Positions 17,433 to 24,465 of a stretch of DNA of 33,698 nucleotides are shown here, in pieces. The translations under genes and the position numbers were made by a program. The notes beneath the pieces were generated by a model, which was not told the origin of the DNA, did not search any database, and worked only from the letters and a program-made list of their open reading frames with translations. Position 1 is the first letter of the stretch, and the number at the start of each line of letters is the position of its first letter. The stretch is from a virus, in the IMG/VR virus record IMGVR_UViG_3300007152_000001, positions 1 through 33,698 of that record. The stretch is one strand, 5' to 3'.

Positions 17433-18162
17433 AGTTTGTTCTCCTGTAACTTTCGAGTTGTGTTGTGAAGTGTGAAGGGTAAAGCAAAGAGCCAACCATC
17501 ACGTCACCGTTATCATAAGAATAGTTGCCAATGCGCTCACTCTTCTTGTCGCTGACTGTACGGCTAAACACGTCCCAGTTAATCATTTGCTCAACCACTT
17601 GCTCCACAGCCGTTGGAATGTCGCTTAAGAACGCCACAGCAAGCTCTGTCGTGTCTTTTGTGTTTGGATTATCAATAGTAATCTGCCCTGTGCTTTGTGC
17701 TGTTACATATCCGCTCACGCTGTTACGCAGTCCGCCCTTGAATGTTACAAGGTCGCCAACTTGGAAGATATCTTGCTCTAAATTCGTCACAACACCACTA
17801 GCAAACGTATAAAGGCTTGTGTCGCTCTCATACGCTTCGTAATCACGAGCCAACGCAATCGGAGTGAACTCCCAAAAGCCTTCATTGAAGCGGTATGTGT
17901 TGTCTTGCAATCTGCGTGATACATAAAACCAGTTGTTCAGCCATTGCATCACGTTTTCAAGCGTTGTGTGAATAGTGCTTTCAATGCGCAAGTCTTTGTT
18001 AGCCTCAATGCGTGTGGCTGTTCCGCCTGTTACTTGGTAGCTGTGACCTCGTGTGTAAGGCGATGCAGTCAAAGAGCAAAGCCATGTGCCGTCACTTGCT
18101 GGCAACGTATCTTGCACAAAGTCGTAGTCATTCCATCGCTTTACTGTAAATAATTCAATCAC
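17422..18162 (-). CDS. Head-tail connector / adaptor protein (gp6-like C-terminal region)
   Basis: GTG start at 18162 in a GTGA overlap. C-terminal IPTAVEQVVEQMINW...SERIGNYSY resembles gp6-type adaptors. Confidence 0.45.
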   Translation of the reverse strand: MIELFTVKRWNDYDFVQDTLPASDGTWLCSLTASPYTRGHSYQVTGGTATRIEANKDLRIESTIHTTLENVMQWLNNWFYVSRRLQDNTYRFNEGFWEFTPIALARDYEAYESDTSLYTFASGVVTNLEQDIFQVGDLVTFKGGLRNSVSGYVTAQSTGQITIDNPNTKDTTELAVAFLSDIPTAVEQVVEQMINWDVFSRTVSDKKSERIGNYSYDNGDVMVGSLLYPSHFTTQLESYRRTNFVA

Positions 18163-18353
18163 TCGTCTAAATCCTCTATGTGTTTGGCATAAATGCCGTC
18201 CGTCCAACCAACATGGCACTTTACAACCTTATAAAACATTCTAGCATTATTTTTGTCAGGATAAAAGAACGAGCCTTGTAAATAACCTTCCCAGTCTACC
18301 GTGGATTGTTTTCCGTCCTTTTTTAAGTGTCCGTATATGTAAACTTTTCGCAT
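18159..18353 (-). CDS. Hypothetical protein (64 aa)
   Basis: TAATG coupling to terL and GTGA coupling to the next gene. Confidence 0.5.
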   Translation of the reverse strand: MRKVYIYGHLKKDGKQSTVDWEGYLQGSFFYPDKNNARMFYKVVKCHVGWTDGIYAKHIEDLDE

Positions 18354-19537
18354 TAAAATGGTCGCATTCCTACAAGCTTGGTTCTCATGTACTGCTGGTC
18401 GCCCTCTAGCGCATACCTTTGAGCATCAATAAGGTGGTTAAACGCATCAATCGGGGTCGGCAGACATTCTCCGTTTTTGTCTACCTTCCATTGATAGTTT
18501 AGCATCTCGTCATTAAAATTCGGGCAATCGGGGTGAATGATAATCTCGTCAAACGCTTGCATGAACTTAATACCACTCTCAACGCTTCCTTGCCCCTTCT
18601 TAGCTGAATGTGCGTTAATGCCTAAAGAGCAATACTCCGCCACACTCTTAGGCTCTGCGCTATCACACACGACCACGTCACCCTTGGCGTATGACTTCAC
18701 AAGCGGTGCGCTGTCCTTGTTTAAAAGCTTGCGCTGGTAAATCTCGTCACATATGTAAAGCTTGTTCCTGTGTATGGCACTTCTTACATATGCAAATGGG
18801 TCGGAACTGTAACCCCAGTCAACACCGTGTCGGTATTCGTTAAACTGCTCTTTATCAAACTCTTCAACCTTGAAGTTATCAAACACAAGCCCCTCGCTTA
18901 TACCCAATTCACCCAAGCCATAAACACGCCAAAAGTTGTTATTGCCATCGCCTCGCTTGCTTTCAATCGTGTCTACAATGTGTTGCTCTAGGAACTGGTT
19001 GTCTTTGTACGTTGACTTGATTAAAACGCTTTTGTCGCCCTGCTCTTTTAGTATCTTGTTATGAACCCAAAACGCCGCAGTCGGGTTGTAGTCAATGAAC
19101 ACCGTTTCCCTTGTTCTAATCATTAACTGCTCTGCAATAGGATAGGAAAGGTGGTTCGCCTCGTTCATGTAAAGAATATCCCTACGACCACCGTGTGCCT
19201 TGCCAACCTTGTCAATGGCTATAAAGTTCATCACTCCACCGCTGGGGAATTTAATCTTTTTGTCGGACGTGTTGAAAAAGTCCTCAAACACCAAGCCATA
19301 GCCAGCCATAACGTGAGGCATATCATTTAACACACCAGCCTTTAAGTGAGGGACGGTTAAGCCGACAATATCAATCTGCTTCTTTTTAAGCATCGCAATG
19401 CGTGTGAGTATTTGAAGCGTGCTGAAAGTTTTTGAACTGGATGAGCCACCTTGGTTGATTATATTCCTATAACCTTTCTTGTACTCCGCTACGTTCTTGT
19501 GAAATACGTTTGTCAGCTTTAACTCGACTGTGTCCAT
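18353..19537 (-). CDS. terL: Terminase large subunit (PBSX / Terminase_3 type)
   Basis: Walker A QGGSSSSKT. Nuclease-half pattern VVVCDSAEPKS ... HLIDAQRYAL. Confidence 0.9.
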   Translation of the reverse strand: MDTVELKLTNVFHKNVAEYKKGYRNIINQGGSSSSKTFSTLQILTRIAMLKKKQIDIVGLTVPHLKAGVLNDMPHVMAGYGLVFEDFFNTSDKKIKFPSGGVMNFIAIDKVGKAHGGRRDILYMNEANHLSYPIAEQLMIRTRETVFIDYNPTAAFWVHNKILKEQGDKSVLIKSTYKDNQFLEQHIVDTIESKRGDGNNNFWRVYGLGELGISEGLVFDNFKVEEFDKEQFNEYRHGVDWGYSSDPFAYVRSAIHRNKLYICDEIYQRKLLNKDSAPLVKSYAKGDVVVCDSAEPKSVAEYCSLGINAHSAKKGQGSVESGIKFMQAFDEIIIHPDCPNFNDEMLNYQWKVDKNGECLPTPIDAFNHLIDAQRYALEGDQQYMRTKLVGMRPF

Positions 19538-19541
19538 GGCG

Positions 19542-19943
19542 TTAAATACTGTCTAAATCGTCAATGGCTTCTTTGTCACGGTTATCACGCACAACAATGC
19601 TTTTAACTGTGCTTGAAACTTCCTGCTCTGTTTTGTCCTTCCAACCAAAGTTGTTTTTTAGGTTGAAAATCGAGCCAGTTTGCGCTACACCTGAAAGCAA
19701 CCTTTCTTCTACGCTTTCATGCACCATTTCACGCAATTCTTTTATCGTGTCAAAAAACTCTTCCTTTTTGGAGTAGTCTATAAGCCCCTGTCTGCTCAAG
19801 CCTAAACGTCTTGCAAGCCCTGACATGGTTAAAATCGGGGAAGCTAAATCAGCAATAGCCGCCTTTTGGCATTGTTCTTTGTAATACTCTTCCCACATTT
19901 CAAGTATTTCTTCTTTGCTCTTAAACTTAACTGGCCTTGCCAT
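19542..19943 (-). CDS. terS: Terminase small subunit
   Basis: MARPVKF...LTMSGLARRLGLSRQGL (HTH) ... IFNLKNNFGWKDK signature. Immediately upstream of terL. Confidence 0.8.
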   Translation of the reverse strand: MARPVKFKSKEEILEMWEEYYKEQCQKAAIADLASPILTMSGLARRLGLSRQGLIDYSKKEEFFDTIKELREMVHESVEERLLSGVAQTGSIFNLKNNFGWKDKTEQEVSSTVKSIVVRDNRDKEAIDDLDSI

Positions 19944-20134
19944 CACTTGCACACCTTCTTGTTGTTTAAATACCTTGCTTGCAATTCACCGCATATCTTA
20001 CATGCCACAACGCAGTCAGTCCCAACCAATTGAGGTGCGAACATATGACCCTTCTTGCCACAGTAAGCAATCAACGCCTCTTGCTGGGTCGCTCTCATTT
20101 CATCTAGTGTGCTGTTTAATTCTTTTGCGTTCAT
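19943..20134 (-). CDS. Small Cys-containing protein (63 aa)
   Basis: ATG at 20134 with a GAGGTG RBS. The longer 129-aa version in the track lacks an RBS. First gene after a terminator. Confidence 0.5.
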   Translation of the reverse strand: MNAKELNSTLDEMRATQQEALIAYCGKKGHMFAPQLVGTDCVVACKICGELQARYLNNKKVCK

Positions 20135-20163
20135 TTTCACCTCTTGTTTATCCCTTATTATAA

Positions 20164-20190
20164 CAAAAAAAAGCCACCGTTTAAAGTGAC
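20164..20190 (-). terminator. Candidate rho-independent terminator separating early/middle genes from the packaging genes
   Basis: Minus-strand RNA GUCAC-uuuaaacg-GUGGC (one G-U pair) followed by eight U. Confidence 0.5.
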
Positions 20191-20498
20191 TATAACTTAT
20201 ATGCGACCCAAGCGTCCCTTGCAAACTGCATGAAAGGCGAATTTCTGTCTCTTTTGCCACAATCAAACTTCCTGAACTTGGCGTAAACATCAGCGACAAC
20301 TTCCAGCCTCTCTTCAAGCGTTGACCCATCACTCAACTTATTCTGCACCTCTTTTCTAAAAGCGACAGACTTTGAAATGTCGGTGTACTTGCAAACCAAA
20401 ACTTCGCCATGATAGTCGTGTGACTTCATGTGAGGCGGAAAATCTGCGTCAACATGCGACAGCACACTTCCATAATTATCCATCCCAACCATCTTCAT
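20190..20498 (-). CDS. Hypothetical protein (102 aa)
   Basis: The ATG at 20498 is in an ATGA overlap with the upstream stop. Confidence 0.55.
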   Translation of the reverse strand: MKMVGMDNYGSVLSHVDADFPPHMKSHDYHGEVLVCKYTDISKSVAFRKEVQNKLSDGSTLEERLEVVADVYAKFRKFDCGKRDRNSPFMQFARDAWVAYKL

Positions 20499-20737
20499 AG
20501 CGAATACTCCGCATAAGTTCCCTTTTTGCGGCAAGCCTTGCGCTTTGTAGTGATGTCGTAACCCTCTTTGCGCAGGCTGTGTATAATCGCACTCAATCGC
20601 AGTATAGAGTAGTTTTTAGTCGCCTCTAGCTGTGTGAGTGTCTTGCCACGCTCTAAGTGCATTAAAACTGCCTCTCGTTGCGTGTCGTAGTCTTTTTCGT
20701 AGCTTTTAAACCATCTTGAAATATAAATCACATTCAT
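20495..20737 (-). CDS. Small winged-helix DNA-binding protein (HTH_39-like)
   Basis: LTQLEATKNYSILRLSAIIHSLRKEGYDI pattern. Confidence 0.6.
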   Translation of the reverse strand: MNVIYISRWFKSYEKDYDTQREAVLMHLERGKTLTQLEATKNYSILRLSAIIHSLRKEGYDITTKRKACRKKGTYAEYSL

Positions 20738-20757
20738 TTTTATTCTTCCTTTTGTTT

Positions 20758-21165
20758 TTAGTAAATCGTTACGATTTTGTAATCAGTCACAACGACTTTT
20801 ACATCGCCATTTAAAACCGTCAGCTTGCAATCACCGCCGACAGCGTTTTTCTTAACCTCTCTTAGGATACTTTCCTTTAATTCTTTGACAGGTATTCCAG
20901 CCTTGCGCTCCAAGTACCTTAGAACAGCATGTTCTGTCACTACAAACTCCGACCTTTTTGGAGTTAAATCAACTTTATTTTTAGGTGGGTTTTTAATGTC
21001 TTGCAACTTGACCCTTGCCTTGTTGCTTTTTTCTAACCTTGACAAGTTAGACTTAGCCATCTTCAAAAGTTGCTCTAGCGTTTCTTTGTCAGGCTCAAGA
21101 CCAACAGCTTTAAAAGCGTCAATCTCGTTTATTATAGACCATGATTTTGATATTGTGAAACCCAT
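20758..21165 (-). CDS. Hypothetical protein (135 aa)
   Basis: Clean ORF co-oriented with its neighbours. Confidence 0.55.
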   Translation of the reverse strand: MGFTISKSWSIINEIDAFKAVGLEPDKETLEQLLKMAKSNLSRLEKSNKARVKLQDIKNPPKNKVDLTPKRSEFVVTEHAVLRYLERKAGIPVKELKESILREVKKNAVGGDCKLTVLNGDVKVVVTDYKIVTIY

Positions 21166-21189
21166 GTCGATTTATTGTTCCTTTTATTT

Positions 21190-21387
21190 TCATTTAAAAT
21201 ACACAGCACCTTGAATATACCAACCCTCGTCAATCTCTTCACATGGCAACTGCGTAATGTTCATTGCCGCAACACCTCTTTTGATTTGCATTGGTGTTGC
21301 CTTTTTACCGTACTTTGACTTAAAGAATTTCCTGAATGTAGTTTCAGCCTTTTTATCCAAAACACGTCCGTTGACTAATTTATACAT
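21190..21387 (-). CDS. Hypothetical protein (65 aa)
   Basis: Clean ORF co-oriented with its neighbours. Confidence 0.5.
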   Translation of the reverse strand: MYKLVNGRVLDKKAETTFRKFFKSKYGKKATPMQIKRGVAAMNITQLPCEEIDEGWYIQGAVYFK

Positions 21388-21391
21388 TCAA

Positions 21392-21553
21392 TCAACCCTT
21401 CCGACTTACTACAAAATCAAGAATTGATAGCAAAGACACAACAACAGCAAGCGTTGCAAGCCCTTCCTGACCATTCATGATGTTGATATGCGCAAGAGAT
21501 GCAAAAATAAAAGCGCCGATAAGCCTTGAGTATTTTTTGTAAAACTTTTTCAT
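21392..21553 (-). CDS. Small membrane protein (53 aa), below the ORF-track cutoff
   Basis: AAGGAGA RBS. Product MKKFYKKYSRLIGAFIFASLAHINIMNGQEGLATLAVVVSLLSILDFVVSRKG has two hydrophobic segments. Confidence 0.4.
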   Translation of the reverse strand: MKKFYKKYSRLIGAFIFASLAHINIMNGQEGLATLAVVVSLLSILDFVVSRKG

Positions 21554-21563
21554 GTCCATCTCC

Positions 21564-21773
21564 TTAATATTGCTCTTTGTTGTTTGGTGAAACAGTCCCC
21601 TGACCGTTAAGTCTAATCAACTGTGTTGCGTTATCCCTTGATAGCAAGATATCACCGCTGTCAAACACTTGGTCTAGCGTCCCCATAAGTTTAATGCCGT
21701 TTACAAGAAAAACCATGACAGGCTTGTCCAGTAGCGTTTCTAAAAATTCGTTTTCGTTTTCGTATTTGTACAT
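21564..21773 (-). CDS. hfq: Hfq-like (Sm-fold) RNA chaperone homologue
   Basis: EFLETLLDKPVMVFLVNGIKLMGTLDQVFDSGDILLSRDNATQLI aligns with E. coli Hfq [44 protein letters not shown]. The Sm2 YKHAIST segment is divergent. Confidence 0.7.
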   Translation of the reverse strand: MYKYENENEFLETLLDKPVMVFLVNGIKLMGTLDQVFDSGDILLSRDNATQLIRLNGQGTVSPNNKEQY

Positions 21774-21792
21774 TGTTTTCCCTTTGTTTTTA

Positions 21793-21993
21793 TTACTCTT
21801 TTATTGTAGCACATTCTGCGCTTTTGGCAATCGACATCTTTACAAATTGCTTGTCAACTAAGTCGCCAATACTTTCCATTAAGTATGCGCAACACTCTGC
21901 CACTTCGCTATCGCATTCCATTTCATACCACTTCTTTTGCATAGCAACGTCATAGATAGCGTCTGACAGTTCTTGTTTAAGTTGTTCTTTCAT
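21793..21993 (-). CDS. Hypothetical acidic protein (66 aa from the ATG; a TTG at 21999 is also possible)
   Basis: Clean ORF co-oriented with its neighbours. Confidence 0.5.
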   Translation of the reverse strand: MKEQLKQELSDAIYDVAMQKKWYEMECDSEVAECCAYLMESIGDLVDKQFVKMSIAKSAECATIKE

Positions 21994-22002
21994 CTTCAAT
22001 CT

Positions 22003-22143
22003 TCACCCCCTAAGTAGACAATACACGGTACTTCCACCCATGTTTTTGCATTCGTTAAATGTCCAGTATTTGTAAGAAACAGCCATTGCAACCAAGCACA
22101 AAAACATAATCACAGAAAGCACAATAAAAAATAAGTCCTTCAC
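22003..22143 (-). CDS. Small membrane protein (46 aa), below the ORF-track cutoff
   Basis: GTG start in a GTGA overlap. Product VKDLFFIVLSVIMFLCLVAMAVSYKYWTFNECKNMGGSTVYCLLRG. Confidence 0.35.
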   Translation of the reverse strand: MKDLFFIVLSVIMFLCLVAMAVSYKYWTFNECKNMGGSTVYCLLRG

Positions 22144-22310
22144 CCACAAACCCCCTCTTTATCAACCACCAGCAAGTCAAGCTTTTGCACTTCACCGCAG
22201 ATGTAGTTTAGCCGTGTTTCCGTTTCGCCAAGCGTGTTGGCAAGGTACAGCAAGCCAGCCATTGTTGTTATGTATATCGCTAGTCCAATGTATGCGTCTG
22301 TTTTGGACAT
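22140..22310 (-). CDS. Small membrane protein (56 aa)
   Basis: ATG at 22310 with a GGGAGAG RBS. One TM segment (AYIGLAIYITTMAGLLYLA). Overlaps the upstream gene by 31 nt. Confidence 0.45.
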   Translation of the reverse strand: MSKTDAYIGLAIYITTMAGLLYLANTLGETETRLNYICGEVQKLDLLVVDKEGVCG

Positions 22311-22516
22311 TTTCTTCTCTCCCAAACTCTTATTTTTAATCCTGACTTTACCATGTACGGCATGCCTATAAACTCAACTCCGTTTACATCAAAAGTGGCA
22401 ACACCTGCCTTGGATGGTGATGTCCAGCCGTATTTTTCGCCGTAAGCTTCATAATACTTTACAAGTTCTGGTATCATATGAATGCAAGAAACGTCACCCT
22501 CGTATATAATCTTCAT
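22280..22516 (-). CDS. Hypothetical protein (78 aa)
   Basis: TAATG-type coupling to the upstream gene. Confidence 0.5.
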   Translation of the reverse strand: MKIIYEGDVSCIHMIPELVKYYEAYGEKYGWTSPSKAGVATFDVNGVEFIGMPYMVKSGLKIRVWERRKCPKQTHTLD

Positions 22517-23232
22517 TAAACACGCTCCTCTTTTCTTGGCATAATCACAGCCGTTCCGTGTTCAACAAATAAAATAATCGGGTCACGGTAGCAAACAAGG
22601 TTGCCATCCTCTAGCATCTTAAACTCTTTTAAGCCCCAATCTTTGAAATGAACCGTAAATTCATCCTGTCCGTTTAAAGCGCTTTCAAGCAACCGTTTCT
22701 CAACACACACCTGACCGCAAAGTCCGCCAATGTTCAAGAATACGTTTTCGCCCTTGGTAATGTTTACTTCGGAAATAGGTGATATTTCCAAAATGTTTTC
22801 CATCGTCTTGATGTTCAAAGTGTCAGAGCGACTGTCTGTTTTTGGCACTACACGCTCCCAATCAGGGAATGTATAGTCAACACCTTCAATTTTCTTGCCT
22901 GTGTGGTCGTAAAAACCTTTCTCAATGCCATCAGGCGCAGTTGCATAATGCAATCTGTGACCATCAGTTGCCACAATCTTAGAGCCATCGCAGTAAACGT
23001 GGTTTAAATATGGACGTTGCAATTCCTTTGAACAAGCCTTGGCAACCCACTCAAAAGCATTCTTAGCCTTTTTAGGCACAGGTGGCAGGAAGTGCGTGTA
23101 CAAATCAGCTAAAAGCGGTTTAGTGCTTTCCGTTGCTTCCTCATACATATTTTCAAGGTGACGGATAAGCTGTTGCTTGGATAGTTTGCCAACCTTTTCT
23201 TTACGTTTATAAGATAATGTGTGTAAATTCAT
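22516..23232 (-). CDS. Beta sliding-clamp (DnaN)-like protein, short form (238 aa)
   Basis: PYLNHVYCDGSKIVATDGHRL matches DnaN YYLNG...VATDGHRL. FPDWERVVPK matches DnaN FPDYRRVLPK. The C-terminal AVIMPRK matches YVVMPMR. AAGGAAG RBS. Confidence 0.6.
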   Translation of the reverse strand: MNLHTLSYKRKEKVGKLSKQQLIRHLENMYEEATESTKPLLADLYTHFLPPVPKKAKNAFEWVAKACSKELQRPYLNHVYCDGSKIVATDGHRLHYATAPDGIEKGFYDHTGKKIEGVDYTFPDWERVVPKTDSRSDTLNIKTMENILEISPISEVNITKGENVFLNIGGLCGQVCVEKRLLESALNGQDEFTVHFKDWGLKEFKMLEDGNLVCYRDPIILFVEHGTAVIMPRKEERV

Positions 23233-23645
23233 CGTTCTTCTTCCTTTTGTTTACTTAAATAGCCCCACACGTTAAAGATGTGCAGAATGCGAGGCTGTTT
23301 AAATAAGCTGGTCTATTCCCAGCAGTCAGCCAAACTGTGTCTTTACATGGAACTTTCTTTGGCATTCCCCATGTGTACTATTTGTGTCGCAGAGCCGTAG
23401 CTTTCCTGCAAGCGTTCTTCACGCCCCAAGCTTCTTTGCTTGTTCAACCGCCGTACAAAGCGAACCTCTTACTTAAAGAAGGGGGCAGGATTTCCCAAGC
23501 GCTATACCTTTCCTGCATGCCCTGCCAGCGTTGCTGACAACTCCGTGGTTGCCCACTGCCTGTTACCAAGCTAAACCTGTCACGTTCACAGGTTCACACC
23601 CCTTCTTTAAATATCCGCTGTTTAACCCCAACGGCAGGGCTGTTA
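23233..23645 (-). ncRNA. Candidate large structured noncoding RNA, family unknown; the strand is inferred
   Basis: No credible ORF across the stretch. Multiple long-range complementary segments, including a 12/12 helix and an interleaved 8-bp helix (see findings). Confidence 0.4.
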
Positions 23646-23816
23646 TTATTTAACTTCGTCTACACCGTAAACTCGGTCATTGGCTACACCGCCTGTCACG
23701 TTCTTAGACTGCTCAACGTGTAGGTATGTCTTAGCTTCGGGGTTGGCTTGACCTTGTTCAAAAGTCATTTGTCCAAAACCTAAACCTAATGCTACTGCCA
23801 AAATAAAACCTGTCAT
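23646..23816 (-). CDS. Small secreted or membrane protein (56 aa; possibly 66 aa if started at the leader ATG at 23846)
   Basis: AAGGAG RBS 8 nt before the ATG at 23816. Signal-peptide-like N-terminus MTGFILAVALGLGFG. Confidence 0.55.
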   Translation of the reverse strand: MTGFILAVALGLGFGQMTFEQGQANPEAKTYLHVEQSKNVTGGVANDRVYGVDEVK

Positions 23817-23835
23817 CTTTATATCTCCTTTATTG

Positions 23836-23881
23836 ATGTTGTTCATGGTTATGTTGTAACCCTTATTTAATGTACTGTCAA
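23836..23881 (-). promoter_or_regulatory. Early promoter cassette, copy C: TTGACA-17-TACAAC, then ATAACC-ATGAACAACATCAATAAAGG
   Basis: Shares a 17-nt element with the copies at 26096-26112 and 29649-29665. Confidence 0.55.
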
Positions 23882-24066
23882 CCCTTAAACTTATATTTTT
23901 TTGCATTTTCTCGCACTACATGCATTTTTCCCGACTTTTCCGCCTTTTGTAGCGTTGTGGCTAATACTTGTCGGTCAACGTCTAAATGCTTTGCAATGTC
24001 TGCCAAACTATCACGCTTGGCAGGGTTGTCTTTTATGTATTGTTTAAATTTCTCGAATATTGTCAT
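23878..24066 (-). CDS. Small winged-helix / HTH DNA-binding protein (62 aa)
   Basis: SLADIAKHLDVDRQVLATTLQKAEKSGKM HTH-like segment. Confidence 0.5.
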   Translation of the reverse strand: MTIFEKFKQYIKDNPAKRDSLADIAKHLDVDRQVLATTLQKAEKSGKMHVVRENAKKYKFKG

Positions 24067-24078
24067 GTGGCTTCTCCA

Positions 24079-24465
24079 TCAAAAGGGCAAATTTTCATCG
24101 TCCTCAAACGCATCATCTTGCGATGGTGACGCTGGCTTTGTTGCGCCATTGTAACCACCTTCCGACTTGCCGCCACGCTGGAAGTCTAGCTTGTCCACGT
24201 TGAGAACGTGCTTTGTGCGCTTCTCTCCGTCCTTTTCCCAGCTTTCCTCACGCAATGCGCCTGTAACGACCAACGCTGTGCCTTTGTCAATGTACTTCTG
24301 CAATGCTTCCGCACGCTTGCCCCATAGCTTACAGGTAAGCCATGTGGTGTATTCGTTGTCCTTTGAACGCTCTGTCGATGCGATGCTAAATTCTAGCAAG
24401 CTTGTGTCGCCAACTTCTTTAAAGTCCGCACGACCCACGTTTCCTGTTGCTGTTGTGATAATCAT
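24079..24465 (-). CDS. ssb: Single-stranded DNA-binding protein
   Basis: OB-fold N-terminus (W..CKLWGKRAE), Gly-rich linker and acidic tail DDAFEDDENLPF. Confidence 0.9.
   Translation of the reverse strand: MIITTATGNVGRADFKEVGDTSLLEFSIASTERSKDNEYTTWLTCKLWGKRAEALQKYIDKGTALVVTGALREESWEKDGEKRTKHVLNVDKLDFQRGGKSEGGYNGATKPASPSQDDAFEDDENLPF

Noticed and set aside
19943-20534. Long overlapping versions of two ORFs in the track (19943-20332, 129 aa; 20190-20534, 114 aa)
   Set aside because: The two versions overlap each other by about 140 nt. The internal starts at 20134 (GAGGTG RBS) and 20498 (ATGA coupling) remove the conflict. They also leave room for a terminator-like hairpin at 20164-20190.
23337-23537. 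66-aa plus-strand ORF inside the noncoding 23233-23645 segment
   Set aside because: It has no RBS, is on the opposite strand to every real gene, and has odd composition (Cys/Phe/Leu-rich). The region is better explained by RNA or DNA secondary structure.
23233-23645. Possible identity of the structured region as RNase P RNA, cobalamin riboswitch, c-di-GMP-I riboswitch, tmRNA or a group I intron
   Set aside because: - **RNase P, cobalamin and c-di-GMP-I:** there are short resemblances (CAGGAAAGC to the RNase P P4 strand, GGGAAATCCTGCC to B12-box-like strings, GGGCAACC to GEMM). The required partner strands or conserved cores are absent, or lie on the wrong strand or in the wrong order.
- **Group I intron:** both flanking ORFs are complete genes with their own RBS and stop, so this is not an intron-split gene.
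- **tmRNA:** I found no tRNA-like acceptor/T-arm.
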